Assembly: GCF_035594765.1 (NCBI RefSeq)
Contig: NC_085846.1
Coordinates: 20,943,190-21,007,189 of the forward strand
Source of the DNA: Anolis carolinensis
Taxonomy: Eukaryota
Direction of reading: 5' to 3'
DNA: 64,000 nucleotides
This document shows positions 24,701-36,477 of this stretch, piece after piece. The translations under genes and the position numbers were made by a program. The notes beneath the pieces were generated by a model that had not been told where the DNA came from, ran no database searches, and saw only the letters and a program-made list of their open reading frames with translations. Positions within the stretch are counted from its first letter, which is position 1. Each line of letters begins with the position of its first letter.

Positions 24701-27700
24701 TTATCTTCATGAACCAGTCTAATGTCGACCCATTTGCAGCAATGAATGAAATCCATCTCCATTTGAAATAGTGAAGTAATTGGAGAATCCCCCTATACTG
24801 ATGGGCTTCATTTGGAACCATTTGGTATGAGGGAAGAAGGTTGGTATTTCCAATGTCAACAATAGTAGCACTAAATATAAACTAAAGAGAGATGTGAAGG
24901 ATTAAATAGAAAATAAAACATTTTTGTCTGCTAATGGAACAGAGAAAAAACATTTGTACAGTAGTTATAATTTTAAACTGGAAGTAGTCGGCCCTAAATA
25001 CAACAGTAATGTTTACTTCCACTGGTTTTTGGCAGATTTCTTCAGATCCTACAATTTTCTTTTCTTCCATGCATTAGGTCTTAAAGATATTTAATAATTA
25101 AAAACGTTCTTTACCATTCTATATTATCTTAACTCCCATAGAAAGGTGATATTGATTTGGAATAGAATCATATCATTTTAAAAAAGCATATGATTAACTC
25201 TCGTGCAATTATGCAAACTTGCCTTACACACGGCTCCTGTAAAATATGACATTTTTGAATGCAGAAATAAAATATCATGGAAAATTATGCATGTGCTTGA
25301 ATTAGCTCTCCATATAAATATGATTTGAGGGATACCTGGAAGCTCTAGTGGAAGCTCTGGTATTCAAGCTGAATCAAGCTTGATCTGGATTGTGCTTGAT
25401 CTGTCCCAGTTTATTGTCTAACAGATCTTGTGCCAGAAGCAAGCCCTTTGCAGAGCTTTGCTGGTGATATTGTTTCTGGTGAGGACACTGTGAGACCAGG
25501 AGAAGCAATGTCCTCAGTAAACTTCTGCAAGGCAACTGGTTCTGGCTTTTGGTGTAGAGATGCATCCTTGGCATGGTTAGCCATCTCTATACCAAAAGGG
25601 CTCCTGGAATGCCCCGGGGATGCATTGCAGCAGTTACAGTTTACCCAGAATATTTGGTTAAGTATTAATCCAACCCTGGTCACATTTAGAAAATATCCTT
25701 TGAAATTAATGTGGAATAAGCTAATCATCATGCCCCATGCCTCTTTCCTGGATGGTGAAAAACAAGCCATAGCTTGAGTGCTTGAACCAACACAGGATAT
25801 TTGTTGTAAAATAAGTCCTTTTCAGTTCTAAGACTTGGTCTTGACTCCTATGATACTTTGATTCCAGTGAAACTGCAAAATGGATCAGTAAGTGTTCCTA
25901 TTAGAGTTGTTTCCTTCACTTCTTTCTTATTTTGGGATCTTAAACTGTGAATGACCAATGCTGTAGCTTTGTCTACCTAGCAATTTATGACTTCACCACT
26001 AATTTCTATCACATCAATTTCAATTGTTATCCTCAAATTATGATTACAACTAAATGCTCCTCAAAAGAGAAATCTCCTCAAAGTTAAAGTGACAGGCTAG
26101 TGATATTTTTCTAGAATGAAGATAGAATGATGCACATTGTTTCTCTTGCCATGATTTTGCGAAGCAGGCAAAATGTAATTTTTAAGAATATGAAACCAAG
26201 CCATTTTTGTCTATATATAAAAATATGTAGTCACACATGGAAAAAAAGAATATTCTGGTCATTCAAAAAAATACACATCTTACCTGTGGAATTTTATACA
26301 TGGCCAATAAATTTGCTGTCTGCAGAGAGAAGCCATAAATCTGTTCTTCAATTACTGTTAGTAGCTTCCCTTCAGTTTCACACCTATAGTTGGGGAAAAG
26401 TCTGTTCTTCTGAGAAATAAGTTGCATTGTGGCATTATAGGTCCATCTTGCATTCAAATGGCTGTCATAAAGGTTGAATCCCAGCGTAATATTGGGTAAC
26501 AGATAGGGATTGTCATTGATCTGATTTATAGCAAATACCAAAGCCAAGATGTGCTGGTAGTTTTCAGTTAGTACACTACAAAGAGATTGATATATTTTTT
26601 GTCACTAACATTTTCTCTTTCTAAGATTGTCACCATCGTTTCACTGTTATACATGCATAGATAGATATATCATTGCACAAAACTAGGAGAACATCAAAAC
26701 TGTATTAGTGTACAAACTTACAGCAAACTTCTGTTTTTGCAATCTGCTAAGCTGTTCAGAAAGATAAATATTGGTAGCGAATATATTAAAATGAAATCTC
26801 ATCTCCATTTCATAAGAGAACCTATTAATGAAAGGTTCTTTCTTTTTCAAAATTACATTATTTACCTCGTATGTTGCCTATCAGAAGCTGATATTTTCCA
26901 GGATTTTATGCATATACAGACACATACATCTATTGATAATGTTAAAATCTAGACATCACTCTGAAAGTTCAGTACAAGGAAATATGAAACAACACTGGAA
27001 TCAATATTATGCGAAGTATGCAAAGTATATGAAACAATACCAACTTGTCTCAGAACGAGACAGTTATGATTTATTTTGGTGCAAGATTTTCTACCAAATT
27101 AGAAATCCAGCTCAGTGATGATAACCTTACCCATTATTACTTAATTGAAGAATACAATCATAATATGAAATAAAGATGATTTAAGATAATACTAGCATGG
27201 GAAGAGAATGGGAATATAATCAAATCAATGTCACTATAATGAAAGGGAAGAAGGTAATATTTGAGAGCTTCATTGCACTTACATACATATACATACATAC
27301 TATATAGGAATAATGTCCACAGTACAATATAATAAGGCATTATTTGAAGATGAAAATTCTGTTACTGATTTTTCTCTGCTGTGCAGTTTCATAGTCTAAC
27401 CATGATGTTTCCTTAAACATCAAGATCTAGAATGAAGGTTTAATCCTAGTTTTTATGCCATATCAAATGTACTCTTAAGAACTAAAACTAATGCATCCTC
27501 AACTTGGTATTTTTGATGGACATGGACAGAATACCATGGGGTAGTGGTTTAAGTAGTGGACTATGTCTAGGGAGAACAAAGTTCAAATTCTCATTCAGCT
27601 ATGAAGATCTACTGGCAAATCACATGCATATGCCCCATGATAGATTCATCTTAGGCTCATCATACATTGGAAATGGCTTGAAAGCACACAACAACATATT

Positions 27701-27933
27701 ACAAGGATAAATCTATATACAAACATTTTCGTAAATGGCAGTCCAGAAGGTAGTTTGCTGAAGGTTGGTGCATTGACATAGAAGAAAGACTGAAAAAGAA
27801 TGCCTCCATAAATGAAATCTCCTGATTGAGTGTATTTGGAAAAAACAGACCGAGAAGATGACATCTCATATTTTAGATCCTGAACCTGGCAGTCTATGTG
27901 AGGCAGCAGCAGCAACCATGCTAATATTACCAT
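17383..27933 (-). CDS. Vomeronasal type-2 receptor (V2R), 6-exon gene, about 882 aa
   Basis: ex1 27933-27725 (weak GTTTGT donor needed for phase), ex2 26575-26284, ex3 24881-24033, ex4 23872-23645, ex5 22571-22445, ex6 18326-17383. Exon sizes 292/228/127 are identical to V2R-A; no internal stops. Confidence 0.88.
18332..18375. repeat. (GA)n microsatellite forming the polypyrimidine tract of V2R-B exon 6
   Basis: Direct reading; ends 3 nt from the acceptor AG at 18328-18327. Confidence 0.9.
18415..18953. mobile_element. Tigger/pogo-type DNA transposon relic with internal (TG)n
   Basis: End sequence gtaacttggggactgcct; internal inverted segments; related end at about 63590-63676. Confidence 0.6.
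19148..21450 (+). mobile_element. L2-tailed SINE with duplicated head, split by an L1 insertion
   Basis: Head gggccgggctgtggcacaggctgg occurs twice; body runs to 19342 and resumes at 21347, ending in a (TAAA)n tail. Confidence 0.85.
19343..21346 (+). mobile_element. 5'-truncated L1-clade LINE (ORF2: end of RT, thumb, CCHC knuckle, 3'UTR, polyA)
   Basis: SGLRINMDKT, IKYLGI, LSLLGRISAIKMTILPK, RGGLGLPD, CWKC...HCWWTC; AATAAA plus A tail; perfect 20-bp TSD gaatgtttgcctttatgtgt (19323-19342, 21347-21366); frameshifts near 19773 and 20892. Confidence 0.93.
22445..22571 (-). CDS. V2R-B exon 5 (Cys-rich domain; absent from the ORF track)
   Basis: 127 nt, TQPLSQCSANCQPGYRKKRKEGQSFCCYDCVPCPKGFISDKE. 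Confidence 0.93.
22920..23004. repeat. polyA/(AAAAG)n simple repeat
   Basis: Direct reading. Confidence 0.9.
23645..23872 (-). CDS. V2R-B exon 4
   Basis: 228 nt, LHHFLKFVSFNNTVGEK...WSNWFNL. Confidence 0.93.
24033..24881 (-). CDS. V2R-B exon 3
   Basis: 849 nt, FIFSA...[11 protein letters not shown]...QPLWQ. Confidence 0.93.
26284..26575 (-). CDS. V2R-B exon 2
   Basis: 292 nt, VLTENYQHILALVFAINQIN...YKIPQ. Confidence 0.93.
27725..27933 (-). CDS. V2R-B exon 1
   Basis: MVILAWLLLLPHIDC...SGDFIYGGIL; 3' border uncertain. Confidence 0.75.
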
Positions 27934-30900
27934 TCTTACTTCAAATCACAGACTTTCAGGTTTTTATCTGCTCTATTACCATGTAAATCTCCTTCATTAC
28001 TACAGTCAAACTTATATTATCAGTAATAATAAAATAAGAATTACAACAGCCTGATTGAGTCAGATGTGTTCCAAATCTTAAGTCCTGTTCTCTGGAGTAC
28101 GTGTAGGTTATATGTCTAGCTACTTTTACAACTTTTGTTATCCATTTTACTACTGGCCACCAGAAATTCAGAGGCAATTTTTATAAGCAGTATAATTTAT
28201 TTTAATTTTCTTGGTAATTATAGTGATTCAATTCAAGCAGTATTCTCTATCGCATTGCTGAAAAACACATCTTAATAAACATGTTTTCTAAGTCTGAACA
28301 CAAGCATTATCTCTTTGTTAGCTACATACAGTCAAAAGAGAATTCATGGCCAACATCCAAAGTTGAGAGCAAATAAAAGTCTTTTTAATAAGCATAGTCT
28401 GATTAAGATTATAGTTAATGTCTTTCTATCCCACTTAAAGAAAATACTGCAAATGTTTCAGTATAATTGTTTTCTAACATGGCATTTCATAGCAAAGTAA
28501 TGGTTTTCTGGGTTTTTTTTTAAAAAAAAATTCCTTTGAAAAGGATTGGGGATATGATTTGCACCCTTCTGGATCCTATAACATTCTGTTCCATTCCCAT
28601 CACTGTATTTGCCTTATGACCTGAGCAGTTTACTATGATTTTGTTCTGTTTCTGGAGAAATGCTTTTATATCAATGAAAGCTTATTCTTAAATAAAAACA
28701 GGGGCTGCCACGTTCCATTTTTCTCCCCTTTCCTTCTTCTTTTTATACCGCAAAAGACTAAATAGCTACTTCTTTGGAAACTATATCATACCGACTTTCA
28801 TTTTGTCTTAAAATAGAATAATAGAATTAGAAGAGATCACGTGGGCCATTCTGTCCAACCATAAGTCACACAGAAATATACAATTGAATATCATATGTTC
28901 ATTGTCGGCTTCAATCAGAAATGTCAACTGTAAAGAAATGTTTTAGGCACATGAAACTTTCATTTTGGGGACTAGATTCCAAAGTTCTGAGAAGTGCAGA
29001 ATTTTGATAAAAATACATGGAGCTGTTAGATTTGTATTTGTAAAAAAAAAAATGGAGGTGTAATTTTTTTTAAAAAAAACAACTGTGGAGTTCTTTTTAT
29101 GGACTATAATGGCAAGCAGAGTTGAAGCTTAACTATCAGGCATGTTTAAATAAGGATGAGGTTAAGGTGAACACACATTCTTGCTTTTCCCCTTTGCAGA
29201 GGCAGATTTAAAAGTATGTTTATTTTATAAAGATCATTCTCACTTTTGAAATTTTTGAATGGTCAAATTCCATTACAAACATGTTTATTGTGGGTTTTTT
29301 AATGTACAGGCAAATAATCAGTTTGTTCACACTCAGTGTTGACCAGTAATACATGCATATATTGGAATATTTTTAATAAATAATATGCACACAATTTCCA
29401 GTTTTGTAAATTATGTGTACAATTCCAGTTTTGTAACCATGATGGCAAGGCACTCACAAGGAGCTCCATGACTGGTGAAGAACAATTGCATAGACATGGA
29501 TGACTAAAGGATGGTCTAGTGAGGCCAGGGCAGTCCTGGCCTAAGAGGATCAGATGTACACCAATGTGCCACCACAGAAGATTCAGTCTCAGATCAAGTA
29601 CTTGGTATAGATGAAGCAGTCCCCATCGCCCAAAAATACAAGAGGGCTAATCATTGGGATAAAGAACATAAATTTCCTCTTCTTCAACCTTCAGGAATGA
29701 CAATTCACATTTTAAATACATTTCAGTGTATCATACCACTGTTAATCTTCTCCGAAGAACACCAGAAAAAAAATCTTTTTTTCAAAATCAAAAGTGAACT
29801 TCAAGTCACAACACTTTTGTGCTATTTGAAGAGCTAGTACACATTACATCTAGAGATAGAAAATTGACCCTGGCATCCATAATTGTTGCCAATACCTGTG
29901 TTAAAAGATTTTGGCAAAAGTTTTATGAAGAACCATATTAACTTGTGTAAGGCAACATTCTGAGGTGACTTTATCCTTGTGTGCTACCAAGATATTAGTA
30001 ACTAACTACACATTTACTGGCATGCCAATGAGGTTTGCTACTATCTGGACCTTTTATAACCATAAAATAATGAGCCACACAGAAAGCTACTTTACATGAC
30101 CTAGTACCTATTTAATTGGACATGAACAAAAGAAGGGAAGCAACCTGATATGGGTCTGACTTAGGCCAGTGTCAACCCACAACCAGCTCATCAGCCTCCC
30201 TTGGATAAAACATCTGACCTAATGCTATGGGTTGCTCACTGGAAGACAAATATAGGTCACTTCCAAGTTGCAGGACTTTGTAAGAGAGGGCAACCTCTCA
30301 TTCCAGGTTAACTCCAAGGACAGGCTTTTTCACAACTGGACCAAAAGGGACAATTCCAGAAACGCACCTTTCATCAAAAGAATGACAATGTGTATACCAA
30401 ACTCTTATATTCTTCTTCCTATACCTGTCACGGTCCTGTCCTCTTTCCCCCACCGACATGGCTTTAATTAACTTTGCTGGTGTATACATTTTTCTTTAAC
30501 AGACTTTCATAAGCACAATCCAATAAATGCGGGAGAAAAGCTTTATCATTACCTTAAGCAATCATATATATTAAAAAATAAACATTAACTTATTTATACT
30601 GGATTGGACTCTGATAGTTCAATGAACCACATTCAGACTTTGTAAAAATAATAGTTTGGGTTAGAATCAGTTGGAATTTTTTGAGTTATGACTAATCTCT
30701 GTTGATTTCAAGGGACCTCTTCACATGGGGCCTTTTTGCCCAATTTTGCCTCTTTTAATCTCAGCAAGGATGGGGCCTTCCATGCGCCATCACCCAACAC
30801 ATGGCAGGCCCTGCCTACATTCCTCCGAAAGCGGAGGAGAAGTGCCAAAAGGCACTTTGTCCTCCACTACGGGGAGAAAAGTGTAGTTTTAATAGCTCCG

Positions 30901-31439
30901 ATAGAGCTACCTGCACTTTCCCTTCAATGTCCCCATGTGAGGGCAGAAAGGGCAGCAGGGCAACATGCATTGCCATGATTGCTGCCCTTTCTGTCACCTG
31001 ATGAGGTGCACCCCCTCCCACACCCTCCATGTGATGAGGGGAGAAGGGGTGCCATGAGCCACCCCGCACCTTCCCTTTTGCCAGCAATTGCCGGTGCAAT
31101 TGCACATCCCGAAAGGATGAAGCATGACCAAGTCTAAAATCGACTGTATACCTCAAATCAATTAAGCAGCAATTTTTGTGACCAGCGACCAAATACATAA
31201 TTTTTGATTTGTAGGAATATTGTAGTAGTAGTTTTTTAATCATTGTATATGTCAGCCTAGAAGTGTGCCCCATTGAGTTTAATTAAACATACTCTAGATA
31301 TATCAGCACAGTAGAGAATTTTTGTAATGTTAAAAGCCCACTAATTTACAAAATATATTAGCATTCATTTTAAAAAGCTGTTTCAGGTGCTGATAGTTTA
31401 TAATAATCACAACAGTATGCTTATCAACTCATTCAGTTC

Positions 31440-31710
31440 TTCATTGTGTTCTTCTGGGGGAGAGACCTCCCAAGAGGAACAATATTGTGAGTCAAAATAA
31501 GGTCATTATTCCTGTTAATCAGACAGATTCTTTGGCATCCGCATAAGATTGTTTCCTTCCACAACTAGCTGAAAAATCACAACAGCAATTCCAGAGTGAA
31601 GAACAGAAGACTGAGTATAACCTTAAGGTCTCACTTAAGTACAAGACCATTTTGGCTGAATGCTTTGGTTTGTTTCTTTCAGAAGGAGGCTGCTATGAAC
31701 ATACCTTTAG
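31440..31710 (+). promoter_or_regulatory. Putative promoter and non-coding first exon of the OR at 32419
   Basis: O/E(EBF)-like TCCCAAGAG at 31468-31476, nearby TAAT cores, donor AG|GTAAAT at 31711, acceptor TTCAG ending at 32417 just before the ATG. Confidence 0.35.
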
Positions 31711-32418
31711 GTAAATTATTCTAGATCATGGCTTTTCTCCTTATTGTCACATTTAATGCATGTTGATGATACTTAGCCCATTGTAATTAAATTCAATAGG
31801 TTTGCATTATATTTTAGCTTATGATGTAAGGTGGATTTTACCTTATCAATTGGATGAAATCAAATGATGTGTTATGCACCTTTAAGTCAACTATGGCATA
31901 TGGTGACCTTATCTTAGGATTTAAGATTGTGAGAATGCAGTTTGCTTAAGTCACCCAGTAAGGTTACATGGCTAAATGGTGATTTAAACCCTAGTCTGCC
32001 AGAGTTCGAGAGCTCATGTACAAAGGCAGGATCTACAGTGCCATATAGTGCAGTTTCAGAATGCAGGTTAACTGCATTGAACTGGGTTATATGAATCTAC
32101 ACTGCCATATAATTCAGTTCAATACAATTGATCTTCATTCTGAAATTGCTATACGGCTCTGTAGTTCCAACCTCAGATTCATCCTGAGTTGGCTCCTTCC
32201 TATCTTCATGATGTTCTTCCACTTCCAGTGAGTATCATGGGTTATACCAGCCTAATCTGGCTTTGTCTCACTTTAAGAAAAGTTGGAGAATGCACCAGAG
32301 TTTGCTTGGAACTCCCATATCCAATAGTAATATAATTTATGGTTGGTTAGGCAATAAGCTGTTTACTATATCCTATTTCTATTTACTTATTTGCATATAT
32401 ATATCCTTAATGTTCAGG

Positions 32419-33375
32419 ATGAAGATCAAGAAAGAAAATATATTACAGAAGAATAGCACAGTGCCAGAAACATTTATTCTCCTGGGTCTTTCTGAAGATT
32501 CCAATCTTCAAAGTGCATTATTCTCTGCTTTTCTTACAATCTATGTTATCATTCTGGCTGGAAATCTTCTCATCATTCTTCTTACTTTGGCTGACCCTGC
32601 CCTTCACACACCAATGTATTTCTTTCTAAGAAACCTCTCCTTTCTGGAGATCTGCTACACATCAGTCAATGTCCCCAAAATGCTCGAAAACCTTATATCT
32701 GGAAATAAATCCATCACTTTCTTTGGCTGTGCTCTGCAAACTTACTTTACATTTTTCCTTGGTGGTTCAGAGTGTTTTCTCCTAGCCTCAATGGCTTATG
32801 ATCGATATATTGCTATTTGTAAACCTCTGCACTACACTGTCCTGATGAGCCCAAAAATATATACCTTTCTAGCTGTAGCATCTTGGTTAAGTGGGTTTTT
32901 AATGTCTTTTGGTCATACCAGCATGGTGTTTACTCTGTCTTTTTGTGCTTCCAATGTGATCAATCACTTTTTTTGTGATATCCCTCCATTACTGAAACTA
33001 GCTTGTGGAGATACCTCTAGGACTGAAATTGCTGTGTTTGCAGTGGCTATGACTTTTGTAGCTTTTCCTTTTATCTTGATATTGATGTCTTATGCTGGCA
33101 TTATCACCACCATTTTAAAGATCTCTTCCTCTAAGGCGCAAAAGAAGACCTTCTCCACTTGCTCTTCACATCTCATTGTGGTAACTTTGTTCTTTGGCTC
33201 TGCTTGTACTATATACTTGAAACCCAATTCGACTTACTCCCCAAACACTGACAAATATCTTTCTCTTTTCTACACTGTTGTGGGTCCTATTTTAAACCCT
33301 GTTATTTATAGTTTAAGGAATAAAGAGGTGAAAGGTGCCTTTATAAGGATCTGGATGAGAAAATCTTTTGGATGA
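32419..33375 (+). CDS. Olfactory receptor, intact, 318 aa
   Basis: ATG follows the acceptor ttcag|g; NSTVPETFILLG, LHTPMYFFL, MAYDRYIAIC, FSTCSSHL, PILNPVIYSLRN. The ORF-track extension to 32263 is probably intronic. Confidence 0.96.
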   Translation: MKIKKENILQKNSTVPETFILLGLSEDSNLQSALFSAFLTIYVIILAGNLLIILLTLADPALHTPMYFFLRNLSFLEICYTSVNVPKMLENLISGNKSITFFGCALQTYFTFFLGGSECFLLASMAYDRYIAICKPLHYTVLMSPKIYTFLAVASWLSGFLMSFGHTSMVFTLSFCASNVINHFFCDIPPLLKLACGDTSRTEIAVFAVAMTFVAFPFILILMSYAGIITTILKISSSKAQKKTFSTCSSHLIVVTLFFGSACTIYLKPNSTYSPNTDKYLSLFYTVVGPILNPVIYSLRNKEVKGAFIRIWMRKSFG

Positions 33376-33631
33376 TTAAAAAGATTGAATTATACTGAAT
33401 TTTTTTCTTTGCACAAAATAAAAAGCTTTGTTGTAAAGATTTATTTGTGACATATATTTTTGTGGAACCATCTGGGAAATGTGTTAAGTCCTTTTACTTG
33501 ACTGAAAAATAGTTAACTCATTACTAGTCCCTCAGACTGTTGGGGGGCCAGACTGTGGTGAAATAGTCCAAAATTAGGACTGTTGTTGTTGTGTGCCTTC
33601 AAATCATCTCAGACTTAAGTCAACCCTAAGT

Positions 33632-33925
33632 CTAAAGTTTAGGACAGAGGCCAGGTCAATGGCATTGGTGGGCCGCATCTGGCCCACAGGCCAGGCTGTA
33701 GTTTGGGGACTCCTAGTCTAAAGTTTAGGACAGGGGCCAGGTCAAAGGCATTGGAGGGCTGCATCTGGCCCATGGGCCAGGCTGTAGTTTGGGGACTCCC
33801 GGTCTAAAGTTTAGGACAGGGGCCAGGTCAATGGCATTGGAGGGCTGCATCTGGCCTATGGGTCAGGCTGTAGTTTGGAGACTCCTGGTCTAAAGTTTAG
33901 GACAGGGGTCAGGTCAATGGCATTG
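33632..33925. repeat. 86-bp tandem repeat (about 3.4 copies) derived from a hAT MITE terminus
   Basis: Units start at 33632, 33718, 33804 and 33890 with ctaaagtttaggacag...gtagtttggggactcc. Confidence 0.9.
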
Positions 33926-33926
33926 T

Positions 33927-34190
33927 AAATGTGTTCTACCACTGTAGCAAATTTCATTAGGATAGCTCAAAAATGAGGAAGAGAGAGGCCCCACAATTTT
34001 CCCCATTGATGATAATGTTTTCCTTTATGCACATGCGCACCCACCATTAATGAAGTACAAACGAAGTTTCGGAAAGTTTTGAATTTTTTTGCTTCAAAAT
34101 TCGGAAATGACTTTAGAAACGAAGCACCAGTGCCCCCTACTTTAGAAGCAAGTTTAGAACCATTTTTTTTTCATGGATCGCTCATGCCTA
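33927..34190 (+). mobile_element. Solo terminal fragment of a hAT related to 9442-12114 (opposite orientation)
   Basis: Reverse complement taggcatgagcgatccatg...ttctaaagtaggggg...ttgagctat...tacagtgg aligns by eye with 9442-9700. Confidence 0.75.
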
Positions 34191-34364
34191 CTAGCTAGTT
34201 CATGGATTTGTACACTGAAATGTAAAAATAGTGTTTTCAAAGTGTTTTCACATATGTTTATCTTATCTAATAAGGTAAGACTATCATTATGAATCCCAGG
34301 ATTTCCTTGCTGAGAGAACTGACACAACTCTTTAATTAAGATACTAGTGTAAGCATAAGACAAA

Positions 34365-34592
34365 ATTATTTATTTATTTATTTACAGCATTTATATTCCA
34401 CCCTTCTCACCCCGAAGGGGACTCAGGGCAGATCACATTACACATATAGGCAAACATTCAATGCCTTTTAACATAGAACAAAGACAAACAAACATAGGCT
34501 CCAAGCCGGGCCTCGAACTCATGACCTCCTGGTCAGAGTGATTCATTGCAGTGATTGATTGCAGCTGCTCTCCAGCCTGCGCCACAGCCCAA
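34365..34592 (-). mobile_element. L2-tailed SINE
   Basis: Near-identical to 7335-7578. Confidence 0.85.
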
Positions 34593-34973
34593 GCCTTGTA
34601 CAACATAATTATGCTGTATTATGTAGTAATATGCCTTGTAGGGGTGCCTCCATACATTTCAGTAATTGTGTCAAACCACATCTATAAAACATTTGATTAG
34701 TGTTACATTCCACTTTTTTCCAAAGAGTGGTGTCTCAGATAAATTGACAGATAAGCTGACAAGCACATATTTGACCTTTATCTTGGTATAAGCTTTGCTC
34801 CAATCTTCACAAAAGCCAGCATTAGATTTTCAAATATCAGTCTTCTGTCAAGGTGCACAGATTTGAAAAGAATGCAATGCAATGTATCTTTATCGTGATT
34901 GTGTATTGCCAGTTCTATAGCTTGTCATAAAACCTACTTTTATTATGATATATCTTTTCTTATATTATTCAGG

Positions 34974-35912
34974 ATGCATGCAAAGAAAAACATTCTACAA
35001 AACAGCACAACACCAGCAAAATTCATCCTCCTGGGCCTTTCTGATGATTCTAATCTTCAAAGTGCATTATTCTCCGGTTTCCTTGTCATGTATATCATGA
35101 TTCTGACAGAAAATCTTCTCATTGTTCTCCTTACATTCTCTGACCCTGCCCTTCTCACACCCACGTATTTCTTCCTAAGAAATTTGTCCTTTTTGGAGAT
35201 CTGCTACACATCAGTAATTATCCCCAAAATGCTTGAAAAACTCATGTCTGGGGAAAAATCGATCTCTTTCATTGGCTGTGCTCTGCAGACCTATTTTGCA
35301 TTCTTTCTTGGTGGATCAGAATGCGTCCTCTTGGCTTCAATGGCCTATGATCGCTATGTTGCCATTTGTAAACCATTGCACTACTCTGTCCTGATGAGCC
35401 CAAAAGTCTACATGTTTCTAGCTGTATCATCTTGGTCAAGTGGATTTTTATGTCCTTCAGTCATACCAGTATGGTGTTTATTCTGCCTTTTTGTGCTTCC
35501 AATGTGATCAACCATTTCTGTTGTGATATCCCCCCACTATTGAAACTGGCCTGTGGAGAGATCTCTAGGACCAAAATTGCTGTGTTTGCAGTGGCTATGA
35601 TATGTGTGACTTTTCCTTTTCTCATGATCTTGATGTCCTATATTGGCATCATCAACACTATTTTGAAAATCTCATCTGCTGAGATCCAGAAGAAGACCTT
35701 CTCCACTTGCTCTTCTCACTTCATTGTGGTGACTCTGTTTTTTGGTTCTGCAAAAGCCTAATTCCACTTATTCTCCAAACACTGATACATTTATTTCACT
35801 TTTCTACACTGTTGTGGGTCCTATTCTAAACCCTGCCATTTACAGTTTAAGGAATAAGGAAGTTAAAAGTGCATTTATGAAAATCTGGAATCTGGAGTTT
35901 TTACAGGAATAA
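34974..35912 (+). pseudogene. Olfactory receptor pseudogene, tandem paralogue of 32419-33375
   Basis: 1-nt deletion near 35450 (stop at 35505-35507) and 14-nt deletion near 35753; GN>EN and HTPMY>LTPTY substitutions; collinear with its neighbour throughout. Confidence 0.92.
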
Positions 35913-36259
35913 TCAAGAAACCTTTGACTGGATCTAATCACATATTTGGAATGCCTTGAAAAATACTGAGCTCATTACAAGTCAGCTGGCAATTGAATAT
36001 CTGCCCTATAGAAATTAGAAATGCCTTTATGAGGATTTGTAAAACAAAAGCTTTGGATAATTAAAAAATAATAGGTATAGTGTGACGGAAATGGAAACTC
36101 TGCATTGTGATACTGAGTCCCTACCCCCATCTATATCCTAGCCTCTGTACTTTATTGCTGGCCTATGTTATTAGTACTCCCAATATATTGCAAAACTATA
36201 ATTTTATTCCTCTGCCCCAAAATAGAAGCGCCATTATGTCGCCCTTGGCTACTGGTTAC

Positions 36260-36423
36260 GCTTTTATTGTGTGATGTTGTGATTTTATAGTTCTGATGTA
36301 TTAATTTTTTGTAGTTTGGAATGTATTTTATGTTCTTGTATTTTATTGTATATTTCTGGGCTTGATACCCATGTAAGCCGCCCTGAGTCCCCCTGGGTAG
36401 GTGGGGCAGGATACAAGAATAAA

Positions 36424-36476
<53 letters not shown>
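36260..36476 (+). repeat. L2-type 3' end plus (TTA)n
   Basis: gtaagccgccctgagtcccc followed by (tta)n. Confidence 0.7.

Positions 36477-36477
<1 letters not shown>

Noticed and set aside
32263-32418. 52-aa N-terminal extension of the OR in the ORF track
   Set aside because: Starts at TTG and lies upstream of a splice acceptor just before the ATG at 32419; probably intronic.
33632-33925. CRISPR-like regular repeats (also 38060-38670)
   Set aside because: Units are contiguous with no unique spacers, there are no cas genes, and the context is eukaryotic transposon DNA.
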